NCBI GenBank assembly: GCA_038534095.1
Contig: JBCAXK010000041.1
Coordinates: 1 to 12,992, forward strand
From: Chlamydiota bacterium
GTDB lineage: Bacteria > Chlamydiota > Chlamydiia > Chlamydiales > SM23-39
Direction of reading: 5' to 3'
Length of the DNA: 12,992 bases
The position numbers were made by a program, and so were the translations under genes. Within the stretch, counting starts at the first letter, position 1; each line of letters begins with the position of its first letter. A model generated the notes under the pieces. That model saw nothing but the letters and a program-made list of their open reading frames with translations. It was not told where the DNA came from and made no database searches. Below, piece after piece: positions 1 through 7,588 of this stretch.

Positions 1-765
1 GTTCAGAACACAGTAGCTCCTCAAGAAAGGAGCGCGCTTGCAAAAAATTCGCCCAGAGAACAACAAGATGTTACCTCTTCTAAATCATCTCCGCTCCAGA
101 GACAAGCGACGCAAGAAACCCCATCAAGCGCCTCTGAAAATAGGACTGCTCTTTCGAAAACTCTTTTACAAACCACTAAGGACAAAGCCACTTCTCAAAA
201 AAATTATGCGTTAGTAGAAATCGCGCAACAAGATAGGTTACCAATCTACTATCCTAATCTTTCTACTGTAGCCTACTCTGTAACCTTTATAGCGCTTGGA
301 GCTCTTACCATCTACTCTTTGACGAATGCTGCAGAAAAAGAAACACCGGTTCCAACACCCCTTACCGAAAAAATATCTTCTGAAGCTGCCAATATTATAC
401 CAAATACCTACCCAGCAGAGGCTCCGAAACAGGTTCTTAACTCAGGTGGCTCTAACGATAGTCCATCCCTTTTTGGACTAAATGGATTGATTGGAGCAGT
501 CGCCTTTACAATTTTAGGAACCCTTGGATACCGTCAGTACTGCTTGAATAGACCGGATAATTCACTATTGCAAAATCCTATCGATGAACGCAAAGCAGGT
601 GGTAACTCAGAAGATGAGAAGAAGAATCCTCCCTGTGTATTTCCAGTGAACAATAAGGAATACAAACAGGTGCCACCGAAGCCATTTCTCATTCAGAATT
701 CCCGCATTCAGCCCCCCTTAGTAAAAAAGAGTTTGTATCGTTTGAACAGACTTTTTAAGCTTTGA
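1..765 (+). CDS. 5'-truncated hypothetical membrane protein, S/T/Q/P-rich, two predicted TM segments
   Basis: Frame 1 is open from base 1 (VQNTVAPQERS...) to TGA at 763-765, so the 319 TTG in the ORF track is internal. Hydrophobic segments are LSTVAYSVTFIALGALTIYSL and LFGLNGLIGAVAFTILGTLGY. Confidence 0.75.
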   Translation, partial: VQNTVAPQERSALAKNSPREQQDVTSSKSSPLQRQATQETPSSASENRTALSKTLLQTTKDKATSQKNYALVEIAQQDRLPIYYPNLSTVAYSVTFIALGALTIYSLTNAAEKETPVPTPLTEKISSEAANIIPNTYPAEAPKQVLNSGGSNDSPSLFGLNGLIGAVAFTILGTLGYRQYCLNRPDNSLLQNPIDERKAGGNSEDEKKNPPCVFPVNNKEYKQVPPKPFLIQNSRIQPPLVKKSLYRLNRLFKL

Positions 766-830
766 GAGTTTTTGAAAAGAGAAATCGGGTAGACACATAT
801 GCTTGGTAAAAAGCTCCGCACTCCATAAAA

Positions 831-872
831 CACCTCAAAAATGGATCATACACTTGATTTTTGAGGTGGTTT
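831..872. terminator. Hairpin between convergent genes, probable terminator
   Basis: Perfect 12-bp inverted repeat CACCTCAAAAAT (831-842) / ATTTTTGAGGTG (857-868) with a 14-nt loop and short A/T runs on the flanks. It lies between stops at 765 (+) and 922 (-). Confidence 0.55.
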
Positions 873-921
873 CCCTCTTTAGTTGGGTATCATCAACCCT
901 TCCGGAGGGATAAGGAACCCC

Positions 922-1566
922 TCAAGTTTCTATAAAAGGCACCTTCGCCCGAAAGGTCATCATTTCTTGAGAGATGGGATGCGGAAGAGTGATCTCGGCA
1001 TGATAAAGATCGAGGTCTTTTTTTTGCCGCTTTGCTCCATACTTTTGATCACCACAAATGGGATGCCCGATGAATGCCATTTGGGCACGAATTTGGTGAT
1101 AACGCCCCGTTTCTAAAGAGATCTTCACAATTGATTCCTCTCCTGTTTTGATTACATCAAATGTGAGAATCGCTTCTTTTCCTTGAAAGCGAGGCTTTGT
1201 GTAGACAAGAGACCTGTAGGAAGTTTTTACCAAGTAATGAACAAGTCTTTCTCCCTTCGTGAGCTTTCCTTCCACCTTAGCGTAGTAGATTTTTTCGAGA
1301 TGGTTTTTTTCTCGAAACGCTTTTTGTAAGCGAGCAAGAGCTTTGGAAGTGCGGGCAAACACTACAAGCCCGCCTACATTTTTATCTAGCCTATGCGCCG
1401 GTTTGCAAAAGACATTGCCAGATTTTTGTAGATAGGTTCTTAAATACTCTTGTAAAAGATCTTCGAGATTTTCCCTGGGGTCTTTCTGGGTAAGAACGCC
1501 GTAAGGTTTGAGGGCAATCACGATCTGACGATCAAGATAAACGATGTCTTTGTCGTACAGCTTCAT
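922..1566 (-). CDS. RluA-family RNA pseudouridine synthase (no S4 domain)
   Basis: Motifs KPYGVLTQ, HRLDKNVGG (catalytic Asp) and TGRYHQIRAQMAFIGHPICGDQKYG; 214 aa. Confidence 0.93.
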   Translation of the reverse strand: MKLYDKDIVYLDRQIVIALKPYGVLTQKDPRENLEDLLQEYLRTYLQKSGNVFCKPAHRLDKNVGGLVVFARTSKALARLQKAFREKNHLEKIYYAKVEGKLTKGERLVHYLVKTSYRSLVYTKPRFQGKEAILTFDVIKTGEESIVKISLETGRYHQIRAQMAFIGHPICGDQKYGAKRQKKDLDLYHAEITLPHPISQEMMTFRAKVPFIET

Positions 1567-2341
1567 AAAGGAGGAGGGTGGTTGCTTGGGCTACGTTGAG
1601 AGAATCTGCTTCTCCAAACATCGGAATCCGAACGCGTAAATCTGCGCTCGCTAAAGACTCTTCTTTAAGACCATACTGCTCAGATCCCACCAAAATCGCA
1701 ATGGGACCAGATAAATCCACTTCTGTGAATAGATCTTCCCCGTAAGGAGTTGCTGCTAACGTACGGATCTTATGTTCTTGGAGGTAGCTTAGGGCTCTGG
1801 TTTGTTCGATTTGCACCACAGTTTGCGTAAATAGGCACCCTACGCTAGAGCGAACCACATTCGGGTTGTAAATATCGGTTACAGGATCGGTAACAAGAAC
1901 AGCATCGACCCCCGCTGCGTCCGATGAGCGGAGTATTGTGCCGAGGTTGCCCGGTTTTTCAATCCTTTCTGCAAGGAGAACAAGCGGCTCTTGACTGAGG
2001 GAAATCTGTTCTACAAGGGTCTTTTTTTGTGTAGCTACCGCTAAAAGACCATCAGGCCGATCTCTATAGGAAAGTTTTGCAAAAAGAGCTGGGGCAAGCT
2101 GCGTTAAGACGCCTTTTTGTTGCGCAATTTTTTTTGCAAGCAGGTCCTCATTTTCTTTCCGTAAGAAAAGCTCTGGAGAAAAGTAGAGCTCTTCTAAGAC
2201 GTAATTGCCCATCAAGGCTCGGGAAATTTCCCGGTACCCTTCGATCAGAAAACGGCCCGTTTTCTTCCGTTCTCGAGGTTTTTTTAGCCGCTCAAGCTTC
2301 TTGATCCGCTCATTTTGGGAAGAGGTGATTATGTTGCGCAA
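1532..2341 (-). CDS. TrmH/SpoU-family RNA 2'-O-methyltransferase
   Basis: N-terminal ITSSQNERIK...FLIEG domain; SPOUT motifs EKPGNLGTILRS, VGSEQYGL and IPMFGEADSLNVA. TTG start with GGAG upstream. Confidence 0.93.
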   Translation of the reverse strand: MRNIITSSQNERIKKLERLKKPRERKKTGRFLIEGYREISRALMGNYVLEELYFSPELFLRKENEDLLAKKIAQQKGVLTQLAPALFAKLSYRDRPDGLLAVATQKKTLVEQISLSQEPLVLLAERIEKPGNLGTILRSSDAAGVDAVLVTDPVTDIYNPNVVRSSVGCLFTQTVVQIEQTRALSYLQEHKIRTLAATPYGEDLFTEVDLSGPIAILVGSEQYGLKEESLASADLRVRIPMFGEADSLNVAQATTLLLYEAVRQRHRLS

Positions 2342-3108
2342 AGTACAGCTACTCCTGCAGGAATTTGGAAATTCGGAGCCTCACCTAAAAAGAGTTCCCT
2401 AGTTTTTTCTACTCGAACGCTTAACTGACTCAATACTTGAGAAAAAATCAAGGGGGTGTACCCAGGTGTATGACAAGAGGCTAATAAAAAGCCTTCTTTT
2501 TTCACAAGAAGCTCTAAGCAAAGGGAAAAAAGAGGAGATAGATGCTTCTCAATCTGAAATACCTCCCCTTTGGCTCCCCGGCCAAAGGAGGGGGGATCTA
2601 AAATGATCCCTCGATAACGCTTGTTTCTTCTCACCTCTTTTTTTAAAAATTTGATCACATCTTCTACAATCCAACGAAGGGTAGTAAGGCCATTTTTTTC
2701 CGCATTTTTTTTCGCCCACTGAACCGCCGGTTTTGAAGCATCTACGTGGGTGACGCTCGCTCCTTCTTTAGCGGCGTACATACTAAACGCCCCTGTATAC
2801 CCAAATAAGTTGAGGATAGCATCCCCCTTTGCAAAAGAGAGCTCTTTCCACAGCGTAGCATGCTCAGGGAACAGGCCTAGATGACCGAAATCTGTAGGAG
2901 CTACTAGAAAGGTACAGGGATCGAGACAAATCTCCCATGGTTCTTTAGGCCCCTTCCAACCCTTTTCTCTCGTAAAGACAAGGTCTGCCTTCCCCCAAAG
3001 GGAGGGTTTTTGGGGACGCCATAATGCGTAAGGAGAAGGCCTTTGCACAACCTTTTCCCCAAAGGCTTCTAGCTTTTGCCCATCTCCTGAATCAAGTAAT
3101 TGGTACAT
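2329..3108 (-). CDS. Class I SAM-dependent methyltransferase (RlmI/RlmK/YwbD-like)
   Basis: Family-typical N-terminus MYQLLDSGDGQKLEAFG (ATG at 3108, preferred over 3222), FGHLGLFPEH, LNLFGYTG, VTHVDAS and ILDPPSFGRG. Confidence 0.9.
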   Translation of the reverse strand: MYQLLDSGDGQKLEAFGEKVVQRPSPYALWRPQKPSLWGKADLVFTREKGWKGPKEPWEICLDPCTFLVAPTDFGHLGLFPEHATLWKELSFAKGDAILNLFGYTGAFSMYAAKEGASVTHVDASKPAVQWAKKNAEKNGLTTLRWIVEDVIKFLKKEVRRNKRYRGIILDPPSFGRGAKGEVFQIEKHLSPLFSLCLELLVKKEGFLLASCHTPGYTPLIFSQVLSQLSVRVEKTRELFLGEAPNFQIPAGVAVLCAT

Positions 3109-4264
3109 GATGAAAAACCGGTTTTTGGTGATGCGCAAGCCACTGCCAGAGATAAAAAAGTGCGATATTGCAGGTGTATTCGATGCTAGAAGCTCGGGAA
3201 GTGGGCGCTTTGATGAAGCCACATACAGGATCTTCTCCAGGAACTGCGATCCCTAAAGCAACTGTACCGACAGGTTTTTCTGGAGAGCCCCCTCCAGGGC
3301 CTGACACTCCCGATACGCTAATCACACAATCGGCGCCCCCTCTTTGACGCAAATAGCCGGTCATTTCTTGGACAACTGGCAAGCTAACCGCGCCGTTTTT
3401 CTGCAAAGTCTCCCCGTTTACCTCTAAAAACCCTTGTTTGTACCGATTGGCATACGCGACAATCGACCCAAGAAAATAGGAGGAAGCTCCAGGAAGTTTT
3501 GTAATTTTCTCCGCAAGGGCCCCGCCGGTACAGGACTCGGCAAAGGCTAAAGTAAAGCCATTTTCCAAACAGATCTTATGAATAGCTTCTCCAATTTGCC
3601 CTGTAGTTGCCTCATAATGGTGGTAGGGAAAGGCCTCTTTGATTTCATTCACACAAGAAGTGAGCTTCTTGTGTGCCCTTATTTCCTCAGAATCTCGGGT
3701 AGAGAGCGTGAGCTGTAATAGCCCTAAACGGGGATAAATGCCTAAAAGGATCTCAGGGTATTTCTGCCCCATTTTCCGAAGAAAACTGTCGACTTCTTTT
3801 TCTGTTTTCCCCCCCAAGAAGACCTCTTGGGAAAATATCTTCTCTTCGAGGGGAAGCTGCTGCTTGATTCTTTGTAATAGCTCCCTATCCAAAAAAGCAT
3901 CCAGCTCTTTAGGCACGCCAGGAAGAGCGATCAACATCGCCCCCTTTTCTTTGTAAAGAAGCCCTGGAGCACATCCCACCTTGTTCTGCAGTTCTTGAGG
4001 CTCTGTTTTACACACTTTTGATAAAATATCGCAGGTGATGTCATCCAATGTGGGACCCAGGCCTCCGGTTGTGATCAAAAGAGCCGAGCGATCAAGCGCT
4101 TCTTGTAAAAATTCCTTACAGGTGAATAAATCGTCTGGAAGAGCCGTTTGACGGGAGACTAAATAGCCGCCTCTTTGCAAAAATTGTCCAATGGCAGCAG
4201 CGTTTGTATTGATTGTTGATCCGCGAAGAAGTTCACTACCAATGGATACAATCTCTATCTGCAT
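3092..4264 (-). CDS. cinA: CinA-family protein (MocF-like N domain plus PncC NMN deamidase C domain)
   Basis: N domain has IGSELLRG, NTNA, TTGGLGPTLDDIT and LPGVPKE. C domain has AESCTGG, GASSYF, YANRYK, GAVS and SGVSGPGGGSPEKPVGTV. Confidence 0.93.
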   Translation of the reverse strand: MQIEIVSIGSELLRGSTINTNAAAIGQFLQRGGYLVSRQTALPDDLFTCKEFLQEALDRSALLITTGGLGPTLDDITCDILSKVCKTEPQELQNKVGCAPGLLYKEKGAMLIALPGVPKELDAFLDRELLQRIKQQLPLEEKIFSQEVFLGGKTEKEVDSFLRKMGQKYPEILLGIYPRLGLLQLTLSTRDSEEIRAHKKLTSCVNEIKEAFPYHHYEATTGQIGEAIHKICLENGFTLAFAESCTGGALAEKITKLPGASSYFLGSIVAYANRYKQGFLEVNGETLQKNGAVSLPVVQEMTGYLRQRGGADCVISVSGVSGPGGGSPEKPVGTVALGIAVPGEDPVCGFIKAPTSRASSIEYTCNIALFYLWQWLAHHQKPVFHHVPIT

Positions 4265-4460
4265 AGTATTTCTTCTACTTTGGGGTTCTTCTTAGTATAA
4301 AGGGGCTGTTTCAAAACAATCCATAAAAAAGAGAGGGCAATAACGCCCGATCGGTCGCAAGAAGAAGGCTCTAGGCCCTTTTTGCACATTTTAAGCCTCT
4401 TCAAATCTTGTTCCTCTGTAAAGAAGAAAAACAGGGATGTGCCCATCAAGAGTTTGGGGC

Positions 4461-4486
4461 AAAGGGGATTGCACCATCCCCTTTTT
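4461..4486. terminator. Terminator-like hairpin at the lspA stop
   Basis: 9-bp inverted repeat AAAGGGGAT-tgcacc-ATCCCCTTT. The GGGGAT/ATCCCC core is followed by T5 on + and T3 on -. Confidence 0.6.
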
Positions 4487-4991
4487 ACTGGGTGACTGGG
4501 CACCGCTTTTTTTCTAGGGCCGCTAAAAGACAAAGAAATCCAATTCCTAGCGTAATACAAATATCGGCAAAGTTGAACAAAGGAAAGGTGTAACCCCAAA
4601 GGTTCACATGGACCATATCGATCACTAACCCGTAGAAAAAATAATCAAGGATGTTCCCTAAGGCGCCCCCGATGATCAGAAGAAAAAAGAATTTTTGCGT
4701 AGAGGCACGTACAAATAAACAGGTGTAGAGCAAAAGCGCGAGCACCACAAACGCTCTTAGCCAAAATAGTTGCTGGGTATACTGCGCAAACAGTCCCCAA
4801 GCAGCTCCCTTATTTTGTACATGGTTGATCGACAGGCTAATGCCTCCCAAAAAATCTTCGAAAATGCCAAAACCTCCGTACGGATAGGTCGAGTGCATCC
4901 ATAGCATTTTTGGAACATACCAATAGGTCAAATACTTGCTGAACATATCAATAGAAAGGAGCGTTCCTAAAAGAAGAATCACTTTTTTCAA
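4485..4991 (-). CDS. lspA: Lipoprotein signal peptidase II
   Basis: Motifs IDMFSK, NKGAAWG, GALGNILD, VIDMV and FNFADICI; four hydrophobic segments. The TTG start overlaps the dksA stop. Confidence 0.95.
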   Translation of the reverse strand: MKKVILLLGTLLSIDMFSKYLTYWYVPKMLWMHSTYPYGGFGIFEDFLGGISLSINHVQNKGAAWGLFAQYTQQLFWLRAFVVLALLLYTCLFVRASTQKFFFLLIIGGALGNILDYFFYGLVIDMVHVNLWGYTFPLFNFADICITLGIGFLCLLAALEKKRCPVTQ

Positions 4992-5356
4992 GGCATCTCT
5001 CCCTTCTCAAAGGCACTTTGCGCTTCAACTGTTGTCGTAGCGTAAGGAATCGCATCGAGCCGTTTTTTTGAAATTTCTTTCCCCGATAACTCACAAATTC
5101 CGTAAGACCCTTCTTGGATTTTCTCTAGTGCCCGGTCAATTTTCCGTAAAATACCCCGATCTTCATCAGATAAGCGGAGGGTAATATTCCTATCAAAATC
5201 ATCAGACCCCTCATCTGCTTGATGCTGGGAATATCCCTTTCCCGACTGAGCGGTTTTTACGTCCAAGTCTGCTTCGGAAATTTTGTGTAAAATCTCTCTC
5301 TTCATTTCCAGAAGAGCCTCTTGATACTTCTCGATTTCCCCACTTGTTAACCCCAT
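4988..5356 (-). CDS. dksA: DksA/TraR-family transcription factor, single-Cys type
   Basis: Coiled coil with HQADEGSD tip, then KIDRALEKIQEGSYGICELSGKEI...RLDAIPYA. ATG 5356 has AGGGGG upstream. The alternative ATG at 5377 overlaps the nrdR stop (TAATG). Confidence 0.92.
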   Translation of the reverse strand: MGLTSGEIEKYQEALLEMKREILHKISEADLDVKTAQSGKGYSQHQADEGSDDFDRNITLRLSDEDRGILRKIDRALEKIQEGSYGICELSGKEISKKRLDAIPYATTTVEAQSAFEKGEMP

Positions 5357-5376
5357 TTGTTCCCCCCTTTTTTTCA

Positions 5377-5826
5377 TTAATTTGCATGGATCGATTGAAT
5401 CGCTTCGATCAATTGCTCAACATCCTTTAATCGTTTGTATACACAAGCAAAGCGGATATATGCAACGACATCTCTTTCTTGGAGCGCAGCCATACACTTT
5501 TCTCCTAGCTGCTCAGCGCTCACAATGCGACACTGGGTATCACTAAGGGATTTTGTGATCTCAGCAGCAATGGCCCTCACCCCTTCATGAGAGATTTTGC
5601 TATGGCGACAAGCAATATTGAGGCCCCGTAAAAGTTTATCGGGCTGAAAGTCTTCGTAAGTGCCATCCCTTTTTTTTACCTGCAAAACCACATCGACCGT
5701 TTCAAACGTAGTAAAACGTTTACCACAACGCAAACACTCTCTTCGGCGGCGAATGCCGTGAATATCGGGGGCGTTTCTAGAATCGGTCACCTTGGATTCT
5801 TCATATTGACAATATGGACAGCGCAT
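5377..5826 (-). CDS. nrdR: Transcriptional repressor NrdR
   Basis: MRCPYC...VTDSR...IRRRRECLRCGKRFTTFE zinc ribbon, followed by the ATP-cone (VKKRDG, DVVAYIRFACVY). Confidence 0.97.
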   Translation of the reverse strand: MRCPYCQYEESKVTDSRNAPDIHGIRRRRECLRCGKRFTTFETVDVVLQVKKRDGTYEDFQPDKLLRGLNIACRHSKISHEGVRAIAAEITKSLSDTQCRIVSAEQLGEKCMAALQERDVVAYIRFACVYKRLKDVEQLIEAIQSIHAN

Positions 5827-6148
5827 ACAAACTACAACCTAAACTTATAAACTAAAATTCTAATAAAACGGTGAAATAAAACAAACCATTCTCTTGTGAA
5901 AGGATTAAGCAAAAAGTCGTTTTTTTCTATTTGTCCTCACAATTAGGTAGCAGGCCGTAAAGGGCTCATTTTTTGGTTTTGATTAAAAAAACCGAGCGAA
6001 TTCGTGAAGAAAATCGGGAATTTTTACTACTTTTCTATTGCTTGTTTTATAATTTATATCCTATTTACTGATATACACTTAAGATCATTACTTCTATCGA
6101 AACATCTCTTTCAAGAGGCAGATAACGCCCCCTCTTTTGAAAAATGAT

Positions 6149-6177
6149 TTGCTCTAAAGAAGTCATTTTTTTACCAT
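6149..6177 (+). promoter_or_regulatory. Candidate sigma70/sigma66 promoter for porin 1
   Basis: TTGCTC-17 nt-TACCAT, about 42 nt before ATG 6220; GGAG RBS at 6207-6210. The context is AT-rich, so this is weak. Confidence 0.35.
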
Positions 6178-6219
6178 CAAGTTTAGATAAAAAAATCTGT
6201 ACAACAGGAGCTCTGAAAG

Positions 6220-7446
6220 ATGAGATATAGATTTCTAGGAACGCTTTTGATGTTAGGAGGTTACTTACTTTCTTCATCAAATATGTATGCAGCGACGCGT
6301 TCCCGCAAAGATAAAAGCATACAATCGAAAACAGCGACAACTAAAAATTGCAATCCTACTAAACCCAAGTGTCCCCCAAAACCCAAGTGCCCTCCGAAAC
6401 CGAAGTGCGCTCCAAAATGTTCTCCTAGGGTCATTGATCCTTGTGAAGATAGAATTGGCAAGGGCCCGGGTTACGCTAATATGGATTTGAAGCCCGCTTT
6501 TTCAGCGCCAGCTAGAATCAATCCTAGTTGTGGTTGGGATATTGCCTTTGAAGCAAGTTTCATTTACTGGAACACAAGCGAAGAAGGTTTGGACTTTGCT
6601 CTCTATGATGATGGTGAAACCCCTGTCAATAATGCTGGTTTAATATTTCAAGAATTCAATTTTGTTCCCGGATTTAAGCTGGCTGCAGGAAGTGCCCTTG
6701 GCACCGATCATTGGACAGGTAGAATTGAGTACACAAGACTCCATTCTTCAGAAGATACAAAAACATTTGCGCCAAATACGCCAAATGGCATTCTGTTTCC
6801 AAACAATTATGCTACGCAAGTCAGTATCAATGTCGTTCCCCTTCCTGCACTCATTTCACAAGCAAAAACGCGTTGGGAATGCAAGTTGGATGTGCTTGAT
6901 TTAGAAACAGCTCGCTGGTTCTACTCTGGTCAAATGCTCACTATGGGTCCTTTCTTAGGAGCTCGCGGTGGCTGGCTCGATCAGAACTTTGATTTGAGCG
7001 TGATGTACGATTCAGAAACAGACTTTCGACGCAATATGCACAAGTCCAAAAGTTGGTTTATTGGACCAAGAGCTGGTTTAGACATGAACTGGATCTTAGG
7101 ATATGGTCTGAGAGCTACAGGATCTATTGCGGGTAGCTTGTTATACCAACGACAAAAAGCAGAAGCAAAAATCAATCCTGTAGGCGCTGATGAAGACGTT
7201 TTCGGGTTTTTCAAAAACACTTATCGTCATGTTCGTCCGAATGCTGAACTCGGTTTAACTCTTGGATGGGGCACTTACCTTGCGCAAGAAGCTTATCATA
7301 TCGATTTAGCTGCAGGGTATGAATTCCATTACTGGGCAAAACAGAACGCGATGCGTACAAACATCGATGCTTTTTATGGGGAATTTAGCTCTCCTGGAGA
7401 TCTGATGTATCACGGACTAACAGTAACAGCAAAGTTTGATTTTTAA
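6220..7446 (+). CDS. Lpg1974-family / MOMP-like outer membrane beta-barrel porin with Cys/Pro/Lys-rich N-terminus
   Basis: Signal peptide; FIYW...EEGLDFA, PGFKL, DHW...EYTRLH, GPRAG and GYEFHYW; C-terminal GDLMYHGLTVTAKFDF with terminal Phe (beta-signal). Confidence 0.88.
   Translation: MRYRFLGTLLMLGGYLLSSSNMYAATRSRKDKSIQSKTATTKNCNPTKPKCPPKPKCPPKPKCAPKCSPRVIDPCEDRIGKGPGYANMDLKPAFSAPARINPSCGWDIAFEASFIYWNTSEEGLDFALYDDGETPVNNAGLIFQEFNFVPGFKLAAGSALGTDHWTGRIEYTRLHSSEDTKTFAPNTPNGILFPNNYATQVSINVVPLPALISQAKTRWECKLDVLDLETARWFYSGQMLTMGPFLGARGGWLDQNFDLSVMYDSETDFRRNMHKSKSWFIGPRAGLDMNWILGYGLRATGSIAGSLLYQRQKAEAKINPVGADEDVFGFFKNTYRHVRPNAELGLTLGWGTYLAQEAYHIDLAAGYEFHYWAKQNAMRTNIDAFYGEFSSPGDLMYHGLTVTAKFDF
6361..6420 (+). 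repeat. Three and a partial 18-bp tandem repeats encoding KPKCPP
   Basis: AAACCCAAGTGTCCCCCA / AAACCCAAGTGCCCTCCG / AAACCGAAGTGCGCTCCA / AAATGT. Confidence 0.9.
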
Positions 7447-7473
7447 GATTCTTTTTAACAAGATCTTTCAGAG

Positions 7474-7506
7474 AAATGGGTTATTCAAAATAACCCATTT
7501 TTTTTT
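7474..7506 (+). terminator. Intrinsic terminator after porin 1
   Basis: Perfect 12-bp stem AAATGGGTTATT-caa-AATAACCCATTT followed by a T run. Confidence 0.85.
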
Positions 7507-7526
7507 ATTTTCTTTCAAAAATCTTT

Positions 7527-7555
7527 TTGCGAAAAACTCCTTACTTCATTAGGAT
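7527..7555 (+). promoter_or_regulatory. Candidate sigma70/sigma66 promoter for porin 2
   Basis: TTGCGA-17 nt-TAGGAT, immediately after the porin 1 terminator; AGGAG RBS at 7579-7583. Confidence 0.5.
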
Positions 7556-7588
7556 CTGTAAAACAGACGATCTACTTCAGGAGTTTTT

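Noticed and set aside
3109..3222. Extended N-terminus of the methyltransferase in the ORF track
   Set aside because: It would overlap cinA by about 130 nt; the family-typical start MYQLLDSG is at 3108.
4255..4599. 114-aa minus ORF, plus the other short antisense or overlapping ORFs in the track (e.g. 883-1116, 6065-6340, 9771-10079, 11388-11627, 12636-12956)
   Set aside because: They overlap well-supported genes and have no recognisable motifs; these are shadow ORFs.
4640..4670. LspA GNILDY lacks the usual Arg of GNxxDR
   Set aside because: Both catalytic Asp motifs are intact, and as I recall chlamydial LspA also lacks this Arg, so it is not novel.
5827..6219. NrdR box or RNA gene in the divergent spacer
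   Set aside because: No convincing NrdR palindrome, tRNA cloverleaf or stable fold was seen.
6361..6420. CRISPR-like array
   Set aside because: The units are contiguous in-frame coding repeats with no spacers.
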